Positions 12,601-23,490 of a DNA stretch of 39,583 nucleotides are shown piece by piece. The stretch lies in assembly GCA_910592345.1 (NCBI GenBank), contig CAJVPI010000245.1:1-39583 (forward strand). The letters run 5' to 3'. The position numbers and the translations under genes are program-made. The notes beneath the pieces were generated by a model. It saw only the letters and a program-made list of their open reading frames with translations, ran no database searches and was not told the DNA's origin. Source of the DNA: Paraglomus brasilianum. Lineage: Eukaryota. Each line of letters starts with the position of its first letter. Positions within the stretch are counted from its first letter, which is position 1.

Positions 12601-14123
12601 GTGGACATGTCTATTTTGCACTCAATCAGTATAATAATGCATTGATTGATCTTAACAAATCATTAGAGATTAAACCAAATGATGCTGTTACATTGTGCAT
12701 AAGGGGAACTGTTTATTACAAACTTCATATGTATGATAATGCATTAATTAATCTCAATCAAACATTGGAGATTAATCCAAATAATACAGATGCCTTGAGA
12801 ATGAGAGGAACTGTCTATTCCACAATTCATCAGTATGATAATGCATTAATTGATTTCAGCAAATATTTGAAGGTTAAACCAACTGATCCAGACACATTGA
12901 ATGCCAGGGGAGGTCTCTATTACAAGCTTGCTCAGTATGATAATGCTTTGAATGATTTCAGTAAGCTGTTGGTGATTAAACCAAATGATGCAGATACATT
13001 GAGAGCAAAGGGAAATGTCCATCTTGCACTTAACCAGAACAACAATGCATTGACTGATCTTAACAAATCATTGGAGATTAAACCAAATGATGCTGTTACA
13101 TTGAGCATAAGGGGAACTGTCTATCTTAATCTTAAGCAATATGATAATGCATTAATTGATCTCAGCAAATCATTGGAGATTAATCCAATTGATGCATATG
13201 CATTGAGTATGAGGGGAGATGTCTATTACAACCTTGCTCAATATGATAATTCTTTGAATGACTTCAGTAAATCATTGGAGATTAAACCAAATGATGCATC
13301 TACATTGAGAGGACGCGGACATGTCTATTTTGCACTCAATCAGTATAACAATGCATTGACTGATCTTAACAAGTCATTACAGATTAAACCAAATGATGCT
13401 GTTACATTGAGCATGAGGGGAAATGTCCATCTTAATCTTAAGCAATATGATAATGCATTAATTGATCTCAGCAAATCATTGGAGATTAATCCAATTGATA
13501 CAGATGCATTGAGAGCAAGGGGATCTGTTTATCATAAGCTTGCCCAGTACGAGAATGCATTGAATGATCTCAGTAAATTGTTGGAAATTGAACCAAATAA
13601 TGCATCTATCTTGAGTGCTAGGGGAGGTGTCTATCTTGAATTCAACTTATATGATGGTGCATTAATGGATCTCAGCCAAACATTAAAGATTAAACCTAAT
13701 GATGCAGTTACATTGTGCCTAAGGGGAACTGTTTATCTTAATCTTAAGCAATATGATAATGCATTAAATGATCTCAATGAATCATTGGAGATTAATCCAA
13801 ATAATGCAGATGCTTTAAGAGCAAGGGGTACTGTCTATTACAAACTTGCTCAGTATGATAATGCTTTGAACGATTTCAGTAAATCATTAGATATTAAACC
13901 AAATGATGTATCTACATTGAGAGGAAGGGGAAATGCCTATCTTGCACTCAGTCAATATTATAATGCATTGATTGATCTTAACAAATCATTGGAGATGAAA
14001 CCAAATGATGTCTTGACATTGAGAGCAAGGGGGGCTGTCTTTATGAAACTTCAGCAACACAATGATGCATTGAATGATATTAATAAATCACTGGAAGTCA
14101 ATAAAAATGATGCATTTATATAG
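9690..14123 (+). CDS. 1477-aa intronless protein: unassigned N-terminal region + degenerate RING/U-box + ~24 TPRs (putative E3 ubiquitin ligase)
   Basis: Single open frame of 4.4 kb. CPFT-x9-CGH-x-ISHSAL-x12-CFYC at ~11292-11414. About 3 divergent TPRs followed by ~21 highly similar 34-aa TPRs to the C-terminus. Confidence 0.92.
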   Translation: MRRTKIDGSNSRWSKRRTIYQTDDGESSLSPANNKAEDQLCTTFADLFQFDHSDNDNENDEVDDIFRINCLGTLSTVQLWDEMIKRLESVVNDNDRSYNLLRLHSLLVTAQDRLAYDQLENILRIMGTDKISYGIHRMTTSMELEVHLRVYMLTLEAIAKRHFVITRKFHEILHEQLSKFYDVYQRHTKVLKNGLNRNFNFEYSPYNEQRTAYDLCSGLDKGISCQNYNIDFLLIHLWDTLHAMHDDETILFKIIKSLKVVFANLVEILPGMANIMADIQTPFDNNTSFETYNKIQQALSPKFPINYWYKDWIYLYSTYQAFVEWSEIPINKDLVFKGELMIIKDLWRFGDQEWAKAAVKPESDMDTFKSNLKHTLIHIGGYAPVSYPYSLLYGILEITEKLILSTKNASTLAHCYYLAKLTLDIVLTENIQFKAVEVLMTLHKKEPDTFSVVQADLCQHIEHLAVLDKTNIHGLQDMIGYFNMKYKFTNTNANSALGMSTSKQKAVLQQNPEELLDSNSDDLLILDMVADHLTCPFTQKVTDDFRVLPCGHKISHSALETFMKLNYDSLKCFYCNKEIQIQDTKAIPCSPIYKALYEKFVETGYIMPIDNTTNFTTAVENQDNSDAEESSMMKAKFLYLLKMRPKKTLMQKIRRPKRQHPTYRQGKKALNKERYRDAILWLKRALEHYPNSSTILYNLAMAYMKSTDYRECYNYITKCISYNPKNPRAWALRGNNYMLQSDYRKSLNDLKQSLELKPNDAFTLRIRGTVYYKLHLYDRALNDFSQSLEAKPNDAFTLKARGTVYSTIHQYDSALVDFNKSLKIKPTDPDTLNARGGLYYKLAQYDNALNDFSKLLVIKPNDADTLRAKGNIHLALNQNNNALTDLNKSLEIKPNDAVTLSIRGTVYLNLKQYNNALIDLSKSLEISPNNADTLSIRGTVYYKLAQYENALNDFSKSLEIKPNDASTLRGCGHVYFALNQYNNALIDLNKSLEIKPNDAVTLCIRGTVYYKLHMYDNALINLNQTLEINPNNTDALRMRGTVYSTIHQYDNALIDFSKYLKVKPTDPDTLNARGGLYYKLAQYDNALNDFSKLLVIKPNDADTLRAKGNVHLALNQNNNALTDLNKSLEIKPNDAVTLSIRGTVYLNLKQYDNALIDLSKSLEINPIDAYALSMRGDVYYNLAQYDNSLNDFSKSLEIKPNDASTLRGRGHVYFALNQYNNALTDLNKSLQIKPNDAVTLSMRGNVHLNLKQYDNALIDLSKSLEINPIDTDALRARGSVYHKLAQYENALNDLSKLLEIEPNNASILSARGGVYLEFNLYDGALMDLSQTLKIKPNDAVTLCLRGTVYLNLKQYDNALNDLNESLEINPNNADALRARGTVYYKLAQYDNALNDFSKSLDIKPNDVSTLRGRGNAYLALSQYYNALIDLNKSLEMKPNDVLTLRARGAVFMKLQQHNDALNDINKSLEVNKNDAFI
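11960..14120 (+). repeat. Coding tandem array of 102-bp TPR units with a 714-bp higher-order duplication
   Basis: aaaccaaatgatgc-type unit recurs every 102 bp; gaggaactgtctattccacaattcatcagtatgat occurs at 12091 and 12805 (714 = 7 x 102). Confidence 0.95.
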
Positions 14124-15010
14124 ATATTAGGCTTAAAATTGGTATAAGTTTTTTAGATGCAACCAATGGAGAGCAATTATTAGTTAGTTTTTAATTCAGT
14201 CAATTGAAAATTTGAGTTGGCAAGAAATTGTATAATATTTTTGATAAGTATATTCACAAGCACTGAACCATAATAAGGTATTTATTTGTTAGTATAAAAT
14301 GCTTGACCAACAATCAGTACAGTTGTTTCTCATTTATATTCCCACCTTAAGAGCAGGATATATCTGTTTATTAATTTAGTAATACAAACAATTTATTGGT
14401 TACGTATTCTGTGAATAAAGTTTGATACTTTGACTTTTATGTCAAATTATATCACAAATATATCTTATATCTTCTATTCATGAAGTTTTGTGACGAGGAA
14501 GTTGTTACTAAGTGCTAAACAGAACTACCATTTTACTAAGTCCAGCAACAGGTTCTGCTTGTTTTATGTTTGTCCTTTTTAATTCACGAAGTAAATACAA
14601 ATATACTATATATGTCATATATAAATCCCGTTACCATATGAAATTTGATGACAATTCCTAAAAGTTTTGTTTATCTCAATCAACCACAACCGTCACTGCT
14701 GCAAGCATGTAATATGAGATATACTACAATAGTAGCTTTGCGATTACTAAGTAGATTTACTTATTATCTAATATGTAGCATAGCACTGGATATGAAAGCC
14801 GGCAAGTTCCTACCCTCTTTTAATGTTACACAGAAGGACCAATTCAATTGTCGTAACAATTATCATTCTTGCTGATATTAGAATCGTCGTAGGAATGTCC
14901 TTGTTATAATCTAATCATCTTAACAGACTATTAATATCTCAAAGGATTGATTGAAGAAGTTTTTTATCAAACCCAAAAGAAAATTTATTTACTTAATATT
15001 AAAGTAAACG

Positions 15011-15618
15011 TCAATAGTTAGTATTTCCTCCATTTTGCAGCAATCACAGCTTGAATACGGTTGGGCATAGATAGTATCAAATTACGATATACTTTTTGCG
15101 GAAGCGCATTACACTCTTCTTTTGCTGCCTTCTCAAGTTTGTGAACATTTGAAAGCTGAGGATTGCGTTTTTTTCAGTGCCACCACAACTGAGAGAAAGT
15201 AGATTCATCCGACCATATGACTTTCTTCTTCCAGTCTGCAACAGTCTAATTCCTTCCTTTCCATTGCCCACTCGAGTCGAATTTTCCCGATTTTTTTTCT
15301 AAGATGAGAGGCTTTTTTAAAGAAATACACGAACGTACATCTCTTCATGAAGTGCATAGTGAAGTGTTCTTGTGGAAATTCGTCAGTATTTAGCTTCAGA
15401 AATTGTTTCGAATTTTTGTTGTTCGCAGTAACAGCGGTTTTCAATTTTTGTCGATCCCGCCGATTGAGAGAATGCGCGATCGTTTTTTCCTGATTAGGCT
15501 GCAAAAAACCGTTGAACTGTTGTGCGATGGCATTTTATCATTATTGCGACTGTTGCATCATTGCAACCTAGTTTTGTTGCACTTTTTGAGAATCAGTAAG
15601 CGCTTTGTCGAAACTCAT
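15011..15618 (-). mobile_element. Internally deleted Tc1-family transposase relic
   Basis: Minus strand gives MSFDKALTDSQK (15618), LNRRDRQKLKTAV, RLEWAMERK, KVIWSDESTF (~15195-15224, first catalytic Asp motif) and SMPNRIQAVIAAK/GGNTNY* (typical Tc1 C-terminus). Stops and frameshifts; most of the DDE core is missing. Confidence 0.85.
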
Positions 15619-17342
15619 TTATGCGCCAAGGTAAAAAATAGGGAAGTGGTCATCACAACCTGTTTTATTAAATCAAAATAAACATTCCATTTAGACAAAT
15701 GGTACAGTAGATGGTACAAAAGTTAGTTTTTTATTACATATAAAAATGGTTTCAATATCATAAATATAAAATATTTTGCTCTCAAAAACCATTTATGACA
15801 ATGAAGAATCTACGGTTCGATATTTCCAATTCTAATTGTATTGATCGATAAGGAAAAGACACCTTTGGTAAACATCGAATTACTTTCACCAGGTGTCAAA
15901 TACCATAATAATCGTACGCTATGCTCTCCAACACGCTCTTCATACGCTTTATATCACGCCCTCCATCGCGCTCCCCACCATGCTCACGCTCTCCACCATA
16001 TTCAGCCCATTGGTCATCATCTCACCATTCATGTTCGTGCTGATTATACGAACAGTGAAGATTGTAATAGAAACTTTTATATATTTAGTATCTTAATAGA
16101 GTAACCGATTATTTATATTTAGACAGAGGACGTTCGTTTGAAAGAAGTTATCGATCGCAACATAGTCGTCCGGAATATGAACAGTTGTCCACTAGCCGTG
16201 CTCACTATGCAATTGTACCTAAAATTACACTTAAAATAGTAAATTCTAGTAATACTTTTCTTCAATTAATTGTTTACATTAAATTTTTTAATTATATTTA
16301 GATAGCAGCCGTTCGAATGAAAGGAATAACTACCCCTTACCATCACAGTATCCTCCGTTGAAACAGAAAATGTCTATATACGCAATAGGCGGGCTAAAAT
16401 TCGTGTAACATGCTTCCCAGTCAGTTTAAAAATTAACAATTCGGTTGAAACCGTAGAGAGATATTCGTATAATTACAAAGACAAGGAGTATATGGGCCCT
16501 TCAAAAAGCTGGCGCGATAACGAAAGGTTAGTATATGAAACTTATACGGGAGTTAGTAGTAGAGCTTCCGCTAGTAGATTACTGTAAAGTAACACGCGTT
16601 TTACATAAACCCAGTATCATTTTATGAAGTTGTATTCGCAATGAAATTTTGGGTATCGTTCAAAGATATGTCCTCTTTCGATGATTGCTTCTTTCTAATA
16701 TTGATCGTTGTTGAAGAAAATCTGGACTGAATTATCAAGTTGACGATTCTATAGGATTTCTATAGTGGTATCGTTGATTGCACTAGCTGCAATCTTTACC
16801 ACACACTTTCTTATCCTCTTGATCAATTATACTTTAATTGCAATTAGTTACCATTAAATTATCTGTAATCAAGACAATTAATTGTACAAGGACATTTGAT
16901 CAACTACGCTGAAAGACATTTATTATTGCAATCGAAACAATTAATATGCTGGCCCGATTCCACCAATAAAATTTAGATCGGTGAGAAAATTTTTCGCGTG
17001 TTTTGTTTATTCGAAATGTAAAATTAATATAGATAAATAACCCAAGTTTAAATGCTTATAACTTTTTCATACAAGCCATATTTTAAAAATTTGACCAGTA
17101 TATCATATGAAGAAGAAAATTACCGGTCAGTTTTTAAAAATATAAAGTTTTGGGGGAGTTGAAGGATTTTAAAGTCATACCATTTTATTGTCGAGCACCA
17201 TAGCAATTATCTAGCGGGACGTCCTATTGTATTAGTGTGTATAAAGTCGAAAATAATAGAGGAATACAACGATGTGAAAAAACATCTTGGATAACAATAT
17301 TCTAACTATCAAGTAACGGCAAATCTCACCAATCGATATATA

Positions 17343-18011
17343 CAGTAGCGGTCATAAGTATCCGAACGGTTATATCCTGCAACTTTACATAATAATAACT
17401 GCTTAATATTAAATTTTCTAAAACAAAATTTTGACATAATATCTGATCACATGTAAAATTTCAGCTCGAGCGAATGTCTCCAGCAAATTTTCCAAACATC
17501 GAATATTTGCATCGGACTATACTGCATCCTCTATGCGATGCCAACCATAAAACTTCAAAAATTCATATCTCGAACAAAATTTTGTATTCTTTTTTTCTCT
17601 CTTTTATTATTTGAACCAGTAATTATGCTTAGGATCTATGGGCAAATTATAGCGTGATCGCTATGAAGCGTGCAACATGACTCTAAGAGCTATAATGCGC
17701 AGTTGTTTCCTTTTATAGTAACAATCGTTTCATAATTCGACTAGATGTTCCAAAAACCATGTATAGATGGCTTAGATAAACAAAAGGAATTTTTGAAGTT
17801 TAAGTTCGAAATAAGCGAATGATATTTTGATATGTTTTCATATGTTTTCATACTTTCGAAACAAAATATCCAATGTTTGGAAAATTTGCTGGAGACATTC
17901 GCTCAAGCTTGAAATTTTACACGTGATCAGGTATTGTGTCAAACTTTTGTTTTGGAAATTATTATGTAAATTTGCAGGATATGACCGTTCGGATACTTAT
18001 GACCGCTACTG
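17343..18011. mobile_element. Non-autonomous Tc1/mariner-type element (MITE), 669 bp, with long terminal inverted repeats and TA flanks
   Basis: TA|cagtagcggtcataagtatccgaacggt... and ...accgttcggatacttatgaccgctactg|TA. Inverted similarity continues ~150-170 bp inward (gagcgaatgtctccagcaaattttccaaacat vs atgtttggaaaatttgctggagacattcgctc). Confidence 0.93.
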
Positions 18012-19357
18012 TAAGAAAGTGTATGACACTTGGCCTCCCGTTTGTGCTATTTTAAAGTCATATAACTAGTATTATATCAGCTCTTTCTTAATTGCGCCTT
18101 GTTTATGTCTGTTGTTGGGTTTCTTTCGCTTCATTCGCGCGAACGTGTATCGATATATTGCACTCCGACGCAAATATCTGACGGTAATTAGACTAAATTC
18201 ATTCTTAATTTATCTCACAAATTTTAAATAAGCTGCCACTCAACTACAAACCAGCTTTCTGATTTATGAATTAGTAGCAGCGGTTTACGCCAATCAGAAA
18301 ATCTAAATTATGGTTGAGTGGTAACTGTAATTAGGAATATTCTGCCCACTTAGAATATTTACATGAGTATGGATCAGAAATATGAAGGAATCATTTTATC
18401 TGTTGAAATCTTAATTAATAAATGCTGTGAATTGCTCTTTCATTTGAATTCTACAAATCCTCAACAGCATAGATTTTATGACCACTCATAGTAAATCACT
18501 CATCAAAATGTCAATTGGTGCCAAGGGCGACCACCTCTAACACTTTTTTATTTGTTCGCAGTTATTGGTTACTTTCAACAATTTTCTGTAGTTGTTCATC
18601 GGTTAGAACAACTTAGCACACTAATGTTATCTAGGTCTATTTCGGCCGGCAATGTTACATAACCTTTATGGAGTCCCTGGATATCTCGCTGCCGTGAAGG
18701 CATACCTTTCTTTCCTCCCCCTCCCTCTGCCTCTTACTCCCACCTATTCGCCATAAACTCTTTCATTATTACTAACGTTTTGCTTTCCTTCAGGCTCACT
18801 ATCTATATCTCTTGGCTATCATCTTTCGAGAGTCGGATCTCAACAAGGTCACTCATCTCCTGATTTTGCATGGCGGTTACACTCTAAAGTATTAAGGAAT
18901 TGTGACTGCTTATCGAATCAAAATTCGGTACAAATTTGTACCGAATACTCCGACACTTTTATGCGTTAGTTCAAATTAGTCCATTGTGTTAGTGATAATT
19001 GACTATGATTTGATGAAGTTTACGCCACTGTCGGTTTTTCGAGCTTTGACCATAAAAGGTGTATTCTTGAAAGGGTACAAATCCTCAAACTATTGGGTTT
19101 CTCGGAAATGACAGAGTGCGGTTATTCACGCACTAATGTCGCTCTCGCGTGATAATCCGATTAGCAAAAACTCTTAGACTCTTAGAAAAGGATCTTTTAC
19201 TCCAACACTTAGTGGAATGTCAGTTGTACCACTTTCGATCAGATGCTTATCATTATCTTACTTATCCGCAGTTTTTTACCATATTGGGTGCCTGTGTAAT
19301 TGGAATAACTTTAAACACATCTTGATGTAGTTGGGTCGCTTTTCAATTATATCGGTC

Positions 19358-21393
19358 ATGTCCCAGAACAAACCGTCTAAAAATATTAATATATATAAAA
19401 AATGGCTAGATACGAGCATTCAAGAAGGGACTATCTATTGTTGCCCAAAAAGCGACATAAAAGTAGATCCAAGACCTATTGGCATCGGAGCGTTCGGTAT
19501 GGTACAAAAGGCAACGGTTAAGCGCTTCAGATTTCCCAAGTCAATCTTCGGCAAGAAACACTTTCTTTCTGGAATGACTGTTGCGGTGAAGACATTGATT
19601 TTGGCCACAAACAGTAATGGGGAAGATTTGTACGGATTGTTTGTTCGAGAGGTTCTTATTTGTTACTCGTCCAGTTACTGCTAACTTTGCATATCGACGA
19701 CGCCAAATTAAGGTTAATCATTTATACTTTAGTTGAAAAATCATAGGCAAGCGAATTCTCATCCCAACATTATCCGCTTTTTAGGTCTATGCAAAGGTAT
19801 TTGATTGGCAACTCAGCCTTATTATTTTATTAAGAATAGCTACTGATTCACGCTTTTCTGATGCAGACAAGAATGACTATCACATGATATTTGAACTAGC
19901 TGATGGTGGGACTCTGCGTGAACACCTAGAGAAACACTTTAAGGATCTGTCATGGAAAGACAAATACAAATTAGGTTTAGAAATCGTCGATGGGTTAAGA
20001 TACATACATTCACTCGGGATTATTCACAAAGATTTGGTATGTATTACAAGTTGAATGTCTTTCTACTCGCTGCCGCCATATAACCGTTCCAGATAATCAA
20101 ACACTAACTATCTTTTGTATCCAGTCTTCCAAAAATATTCTCATACAATTGGGCATCGCAAAGCTAACAGATTTTGGTTTATCTAGTGTGTTGAAGCAAA
20201 TGTCCCCATCGCATGGTCTCGGCACGCTGAGATACCAGGATCCAGCATCTTTCACGGACGAGTTGTACAGACGTGGGAAAAAATCCGACATATTTAGTCT
20301 TGGAGTACTGCTCTGGGAAATTTCAACCGGAAAAATTCCTTGTGAAGGACGTACTGAGAACGCTACAATCATCGCGTGTAGGCTTAAAGGCTACCGGGAT
20401 CCCCCATTCGTCGGAACACCTGAAGAATATGTCGACGTGTATTCAGAATGTTGGAACGAAGACCCGGACGAGCGACCATTCTGTGAAAATGTATACAAGA
20501 GATTAAAGATATTGGAGTATCGTGACGCATTAAGTGACTTCAACAGAGTGTTGGAGCTTGAACCAAATGATGTGTCTGCATTGAAAAATAGGGGAGCTGT
20601 CTATCTTAATCTTGAGCAGTATGATGATGCATTGAACGATTTTAATAAATCATTAGAGCTTGAACCAGATAATCCATTGGCGTTGAGCGTAAGAGGAACT
20701 GTTTACATTAATTTTAAACAGTATGACAAAGCATTAAATGATTTCAACAAATCGTTGGCTATTGAACCAATGAATGCAAATGCATTGAGAAACAGAGGAC
20801 GCGTTTATCTTGACCTTAAACGTTATGATAAGGTATTGGATGATTTAAACCAATCGTTGACGATTGAACCATCTGACGCTTGGGCGTTGAGTACAAGGGG
20901 AGCCGTCTATCTTATGCTTGAGCGGTATGATGACGCGCTGAGTGATTTTAATACATCATTGAAGATTAAACAAAATGATACGTGGACATTGAGTAGACGT
21001 GGAAGCGTCTATCGGAATCTCAAGCAGTATGATAATGCATTGAAAGATTTCAATAATTCGTTGGACATTGAGCCAGATGGTTCATGGGCATTAAGTGAGA
21101 GGGGAGCTGTATATTATTATCTTGAGAAATATGAAGATGCATTAAAAGATTTCAGCAAGTCGTTAGATATCGAACCAAATAATACATGGGCATTGAGTAT
21201 AAGGGGAGCTGTGTATCTTAATCTCAAGCAGTATGATAATGCTTTCAATGATATACAAAAATCGTTAGAGATTGAACCAGATAATACATGGACATTGAGT
21301 ATAAGAGGAACTGTCTTATTTAATCTTAGACAGGGATCGTTGGAAATTGAACCAGATAGTAGCAGAGACATTATATCGGACGTTGACAAGTAG
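19358..21393 (+). CDS. TKL-type protein kinase + ~8 TPR repeats, ~598 aa, apparently intact
   Basis: Exons 19358-19651, 19733-19796, 19867-20036, 20125-21393 (1797 nt, in frame, GT-AG). Motifs GIGAFG, VAVK, HPNIIRFLG, HKDLSSKN, DFG, GTLRYQDP, SDIFSLG, then TPRs; last repeat internally deleted. Confidence 0.92.
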
Positions 21394-23435
21394 TGTACAT
21401 TTTAATTAATTGTCGACACCGAAAGGAAAATAGAATTCTCTTAATAGTACTAATATATATATGTATAGTTAAAATGTAAAATAGTATAAATACTCCGTCC
21501 GGAGTTTGTAATTAAAATGATACTGGTACCAGCTAAACGCCACAGTATATACTACTACTACCCACATTTTTTGTTTGTATTCATTACGTGCCCCGTTGAT
21601 TAATACCCATTTAGCAGTCACGTCAAGCCTGCTTCATTATTCGTTTACTATGTCTCTGATTTAGCCTTGTACTAACATCGAATATATTATCCTTGACGGT
21701 AGAACATATGTTGATAACTTCGTAATTGATTGTTGGCTAGGTAAATACTGAATGTTAGATGGATTAGGCAAGGGAGCTACCTCACCATAGACTAGAATAC
21801 CCAAAGAGTATCATAATTATCCTCTGGCGTAGTGAATTGGCTCCTGTGTGCTCTCTCACAATTCCACTTCGATATTAAATCTCACTTTCATATCAGCATT
21901 ATGAGTCGTCGCTGGCTGAGTCTGTATTCGAGTTACTTCTTCAGTGATGATAGGCGGAACGTGTTCCACCGTGATTAAGCATGAACCGCATGCTCCGTCG
22001 CTCCAACCGTATAGATTTCATCGTGCCGTATGTAGTCATATCGTTTTCCGTTGAAATGTCAACATAGCATGATCTTCATTTAAACAATGTCGATCACATT
22101 GATAATGTTAATGCACTTTTGACAAGCATCAAAGTCGTGTTGTCAGTCGTCTCGAACTTTGACAGTTGGATTCTAATCATAAAATAGTAAGGACGTTTAT
22201 CATTTGATCTTTCATTTGATCTTTCGCGTCCGAATTAGAGAACTATGGGAACTTAATACTTTGAACGTTCGAACTTATATGCACAAACGGCAAAATACAT
22301 TATTATTCTACCTTTAATGTTATTCACAGAAATTAAACCAAACGATCATTAAAGGTTGAAAGCGTCAAATTACGAATAATATTCATCTACAAGTTTGATT
22401 GTCAACATGTACATCGACTACATTTTATCAGATAACGCGAGAATTGTATCAATAAATTTTATCGACAATGTTGTTAATAAATTGTTATTAGACTCAAAAT
22501 AAAAAGTTTGGACCATTAGATTTCAATCATATAATTGTAAGAAGATTTCCTGCTGCACGTTGCTCAATCTCTAATAGAATAATAGGTACATATTACGTCA
22601 AAGCAATTGCTCTTCTACTATAAATAATTTCGTTTTGTACGCCATCTGCTTTTTCCTTATATAAATGTAAAAATAAATCTATTTTCCTTTGTTTGCTAAT
22701 ACTATGCATATGCATTGATGGTGTCATATGACCAATGTGAGTGACAATTCTACATAATAATAAAGATCTTGAAACCCTGAAATCATTCCGTTCAATTTTC
22801 CTAGTTTCATATACAGTATCTGCGAAGAAGGACGCTTTGTCTGACATATACGTTGTACTTTTACTGCAAAATACAAAGTGACAATAATTCTGCATGGTGT
22901 GAACAATGAAATCATTGGTGTACAAAACGAATACGTCTCATAAAGACGTGCTTTAAAACTATTAACATAAGAAATTTGTGAGGTTATGCAATTTCACCGT
23001 TTGCGTTCATATAATGTGGCTCGTTTTCATACAATCAATGCACGATGTATATGAATTGTTATTCGTATACGTATATGTCCAAACTCAATGTTTGTTTGTT
23101 GCCAATTTGGTAAATCTATTATTAATATTTAATCTTAAAAGTATGTTAAATTAGATTTCATTACAAACAACCACTTTGACATTTTTTTTTTTTTAAATCT
23201 TAATTTATTTTTTTTATTTAGATTTTTATTAACAACAAGTCTCTCATATTTTATAAGTATCCATTCAACAAAATATTAACCTGTGTTTAGTCTCGCCTCG
23301 TTACAATAATATATAATAATCCTCATCGTATAAAAAACTTTTATAAATATATGCCTGCATATAGAATGAGAAACCTTCTTTTTCTACACTGAAAGTATAA
23401 ACACTTTGTACATACGGAAGGTCATCCCAGACACA

Positions 23436-23490
23436 CACGCACACCACCCACGCACACCACCCACGCACACCACCCACGCACACCACCCAC
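23436..23490. repeat. 13-bp minisatellite (CACGCACACCACC) x ~4
   Basis: Read directly from the sequence. Confidence 0.9.

Noticed and set aside
15705..15800. TA-CAGTAGATGGTACAAAAG as the end of another Tc1/mariner element
   Set aside because: No matching inverted copy found in the window, and it points away from the adjacent transposase relic.
15841..16530. His-rich or Ser/Arg/Pro-rich ORFs with possible splice sites
   Set aside because: Low complexity, broken frames and no recognisable domain; may be a gene relic but cannot be supported.
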